Positions 46,762 through 50,209 of a stretch of 50,209 nt of DNA are shown here, piece by piece (within the stretch, counting starts at the first letter, position 1; each line of letters begins with the position of its first letter). The stretch is from Fonticula alba ATCC 38817. Taxonomy: Eukaryota; Protista; Nucleariida. The position numbers and the translations under genes were made by a program. Below the pieces are notes generated by a model, which saw only the letters and a list, made by a program, of their open reading frames with translations, searched no databases and had not been told where the DNA came from. The stretch lies in the NCBI GenBank assembly GCA_000388065.2, contig KB932202.1. The stretch is one strand, 5' to 3'.

Positions 46762-49700
46762 GGAGCCCGAAGCGTGGTGCAATCGGCCAGGCCACCAACC
46801 CCCAGGAGAGCACGCGTTGGGAGAGCGAGAGGGAGAGAAGGAGAGTGCGAGGGAGAGAGAGGGAGAGAGTTCGGCCACAGTAATAAGAGAGCAGGCAATG
46901 CCACCGCCCGGCAGCGCTGGTGGCATGTGCAGACATGGTTACCGACAGAGCAGGCAGGCCCGCTGGCCAATGGTGCAGACACCGAATGCCCCGCCCCGGC
47001 TCTCTTCTTTGTGCTACCGGTTGCGCAATGGGTCGTTCGCCTATCCATCATCACGCCGGCATGGCAGCCACACATGCGCCCGCACAGACATGCACAGACA
47101 TGCACATACACAGACACACAGACACACAGACATTTATACACACACGCATGTGCACCCTCCGCCACACGCACACACACGCGCGCACGCGCGCGCGCGCGCG
47201 CCAGTGGTGTGGGAGAAGGGGGTGGGTGTTATTTGGTGGCGATCTGGAGGTCGGAGGGTGGTGGGTCGTAGCCGGTAAGGGGAGGAAGGACCGACGAGGA
47301 CCGCACGCGGCGAGAGCACATGTCGGCCGTTGAGGCCATGCCCCCCACAAGAGGGCACACCCGGCACAGACGGAGCAAGAGGCATGGGGACACATCACCT
47401 CCGGCTGCTGTCGACACTTCGGCGCATGAGGCTCCTCTTGGTGCGCCCTCTCTCTCTCTCTGTGTGTGTGTGCCTTTCTCTTTATGGACCTCCTTCTAGC
47501 TAATCCTCGCTCTATCTCTCTCTCTTTCTCTCTGTCAGTGTGTATGATTGCGCGTGTTTGTGTCTTGTCGACCTTCATGGCCGAGTCTTGGCAGCAGGGC
47601 GTTCGGCCCATGCGCATGTGGGTGCGGGTGTGGGTGTGTGCGGGTCTATGCATGTGCATGCATGTGGGAGCACCACGCGCGCTGGCGGTGCATACGGCCT
47701 CGCTTGGTCTCCCGCCCCTCCGTGCATCTGCACACGACGTGCTCCCTGTGGGCGCGGTCGTTCCCCCGGTCATATTGTCGTGCACACTGGAGGTCGCTCT
47801 GGGCCCGGCTTCTGGGAGTACCAGATTCAGAGGGGGAGAGTGACCGCAGGATCAAAGCGACAAGGGGAGGAGGAGGAGGGGGAAGGCCAAGAAGGGNNNN
47901 NNNNNNNNNNNNNNNNNNNNNNNNNNNNGGGGGGAGGGGGGCGGGGTGCGCGCGAGAGGAGGGGGGGCACGAGGACGGGAAGAAGAGGAATTCTCTACTT
48001 GGGGAGCTGGGTGGCGGAATCCTGCGTGTGCGCAGGGGGCCCGGAGGGCGCTTCGACAAAAAAGTGGCGGCCCTTGGTGCAGCAGCGAATGCCGAGCACA
48101 AGCCTCCGAGTGTGGGCGGGGGGGTATGACTGCGCAAGGAAGGGAGGGAGGGGAACGAGACAGGGCACCGGGGTGGGGCAAGGCAGGGAGCGGGAGGCGG
48201 GCCGGGGCAAGGGGGGCTCGGACCCACAGAGACACGGAGCCACGGAATTCCTCCGTGCCAGCCAGCGTTCGGGAGAACAAGGGGTGTGCGTGCGCTTCTG
48301 ACCCAACGGGGGGGGGGGGGGGCCGGGAGCCGCCCGGGGCGCCCCTCTGGGGAGCGGCTCACGGCGGGCGCGCGTCGGGCGCCAGGGGGCCCAGGGCCGG
48401 CCGCGGCCGGGCTTTTGAGTGACATGGCTGGGCCTGAGGACGGCCCGTGCGCGGGAGCGGCAGAGAGGCCGCCCTACGCACACTGACCGGAGGGTGCGGA
48501 CACATGCCTGCCCCACACCCTTGCCCTGACACCGGCGCCGGGCGCCAAGATGGCCCGGTCGGGGAGAGTCGAGAGCCCCCCGCGCCCCGGGGCGCGGGGG
48601 CCGCCTGGCCGCCGGCGTCTGGAGCGGCCCCGGGAGCCCCATCCCCTGCTCGGCCCTGGGCTCGGATTGTCGCTGGGCAGCGCGGAAAGGGGGCGGGCGG
48701 GCGGCTTGCGCGCCACATCGGGCGGAAAAGGGGGCGCGTAGCACCCGGGGGGCGCCGGCGCGCGGAGGCAGAGAGAGAGAGAGAGAGAGAGACGCACAAA
48801 CGACCACCATGTCCACCGTGGCTGCCAGCCGCCTCATTGGCAGGGCTGGAGGACAGGGCCGGTCCGGCGGGAGGGCGGCTCCCTTGCGCGCCCATCCTCC
48901 GGAAGACAGGGGGGGGGGGGGCGGGGGGACACCACGCTCCGGGCGAGGACCGGAGGATGAGGAGCCATTCATTTTGGCCAGACCACACGTCCATCCCCCT
49001 CTGGGCCGGGGTCGGCTCAGGCAGCACCCCTACCCTCGTCCCCGGGCGTCGGGAATGCGCACTGTTGCAGGCAACTCGGCCGGAGGGGCGACGTGGAGGG
49101 GGGGAGATCGGACGAGGGGACCCCCCCCCCCCCCCCCGGGAGAGAGAGGGGGAGAGAGAGAGAGAGAGAGCGAGGAAGAGAGCGAGGGGAGAGGCTGACT
49201 CTTTATTTGCCGCAAGGGGGCTGCCCGCGGAATAGTACCCTGGCCGCCGTGGCCCGTATGCCCCCGTCCCCTCTGTGTCCCGCCCCCCGCCCCCCCCCGG
49301 GGGGGGGGGCTGGGAAGCCGGGGCGCTCCCCTGGAGCGGGCGAGCTGTCGCCGGGCTCCGGTCCCCCACACCCTGCCCCCTGAGTGCGCGGTCTCGGAAT
49401 CTCAGGAGCTTTGTCCCGTTATGGCCTCTCGCCGCGGGGCCCGGAGTGGCGCTTGCCTGGGGCGCATCGGCGCCGGGGAGGAAGGGAAAACCCGCGCCAG
49501 CCTTTGTATTTGCGTGCTCCGGCCACATCGGCCCCACGGCCAGACAGAAAGGCCACGTCGCGAAGGGGTCATTCCGAGCAACAGATCAGCCGAGGGCCCG
49601 ACGGGCGCGCGCATCAACGCCCAGCTTGTAGGGAAGGGGGGAGGGGTCCCCACCGATTCAGCGGGCCAGGTGCCCCATGCCACGCCCTTGCTCCGGCCCG

Positions 49701-50183
49701 GGGGGGGCCCGAGGGGGGGGGAGTGCCAGCGCACACGGCTAAGTGTCTCTCCCTCTTCCTGAGGAGGATCAGAGCGAGCGGGTACGCACACACTCGCGGC
49801 GGGGGGGGTGTCCGTACGCGCGCGCGTGTGCCGGGTGCGCATCTCGCTCTGCCGCGCATTCAGCAAGATTGCCGCGAGCGCTTGGCCGGGTGTGCCTGTT
49901 TGCCAGGCTAACCCTGGAGGACAATCATCCAAAACGGCCGGCACCCCCCCCCCCCCCCGCCGTCCGTCCGTCCTTCCGGCGCCGAGCGAGAGTGTACACC
50001 TTCGCACCCCCAGCCCGGACCAGGCGGGGGGCCGGGCCCTCAGCACAGGATCGTCGCTCAGACCTGGACCCAGAAAATGGAATATATCTTCCCAAAGCCG
50101 GTAATAATAATCCCACTGATTTATATATTTGCTTTCATCGATACATGGCGTGCGCGCGCGCGCGCGCGCCGGCATGTTGTGTG

Positions 50184-50209
50184 CCCGGCCCCGGCCCCGG
50201 CCCCGGCCC
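50184..50209 (-). repeat. (GGGGCC)n hexamer repeat on the minus strand, running to the window end
   Basis: Minus strand reads GGGCCGGGGCCGGGGCCGGGGCCGGG. Confidence 0.85.

Noticed and set aside
46367-47278. ORFs with poly-Cys, poly-Ala or poly-Ser tracts (also 3351-4169)
   Set aside because: Translations of CTG/CAG repeats in shadow or non-coding frames, with no other protein-like features.
49402-50175. ORF containing KYINQWDYYYRLWEDIFHFLG, and the opposite-strand MEYIFPKPVIIIPLIYIFAF from 50077
   Set aside because: The aromatic/hydrophobic look follows from a local AT-rich island. No family motif or convincing exon chain was found. A gene running off the window end cannot be excluded.

Overview
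Eukaryotic, GC-rich, intron-rich draft-assembly window with 7 N-gaps. I found no prokaryote-type system, CRISPR array, rRNA, tRNA or transposase. The long ORFs in the six-frame track are mostly GC-rich shadow frames or read-throughs of introns. I spliced genes by hand using GT..AG boundaries, frame continuity and recognisable family motifs, which gave 13 protein genes. In order: a 5'-truncated ZNRF/Pib1-type C2HC+RING protein (+), an orphan low-complexity/coiled-coil protein (+), a PH-CRIB PAK kinase of Cla4 type (-), M17 leucyl aminopeptidase (-), TAF9 (+), an RDM1-like RRM/RAD52-motif protein (-), Cu/Zn SOD (+), phosphomannose isomerase (-), TRAP-beta (-, 3' end in a gap), BOP1/ERB1 (-), GGTase-I beta (+), cytochrome bc1 core protein 2 (-) and a heterotrimeric G-alpha (-). 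Gene content and style suggest a unicellular opisthokont such as Fonticula, but this is inference only. The most notable observations are the RDM1-like gene in an apparently non-animal genome, the unusual ZNRF/Pib1-like ligase architecture, and a strong C preference at 5' splice-site position +4 (30 of 37 homology-anchored introns). Pyrimidine-strand asymmetry also suggests unannotated minus-strand transcription in the long 'intergenic' blocks. Family assignments come from recalled motifs; no database search was run. I do not see a clearly new multi-gene system.
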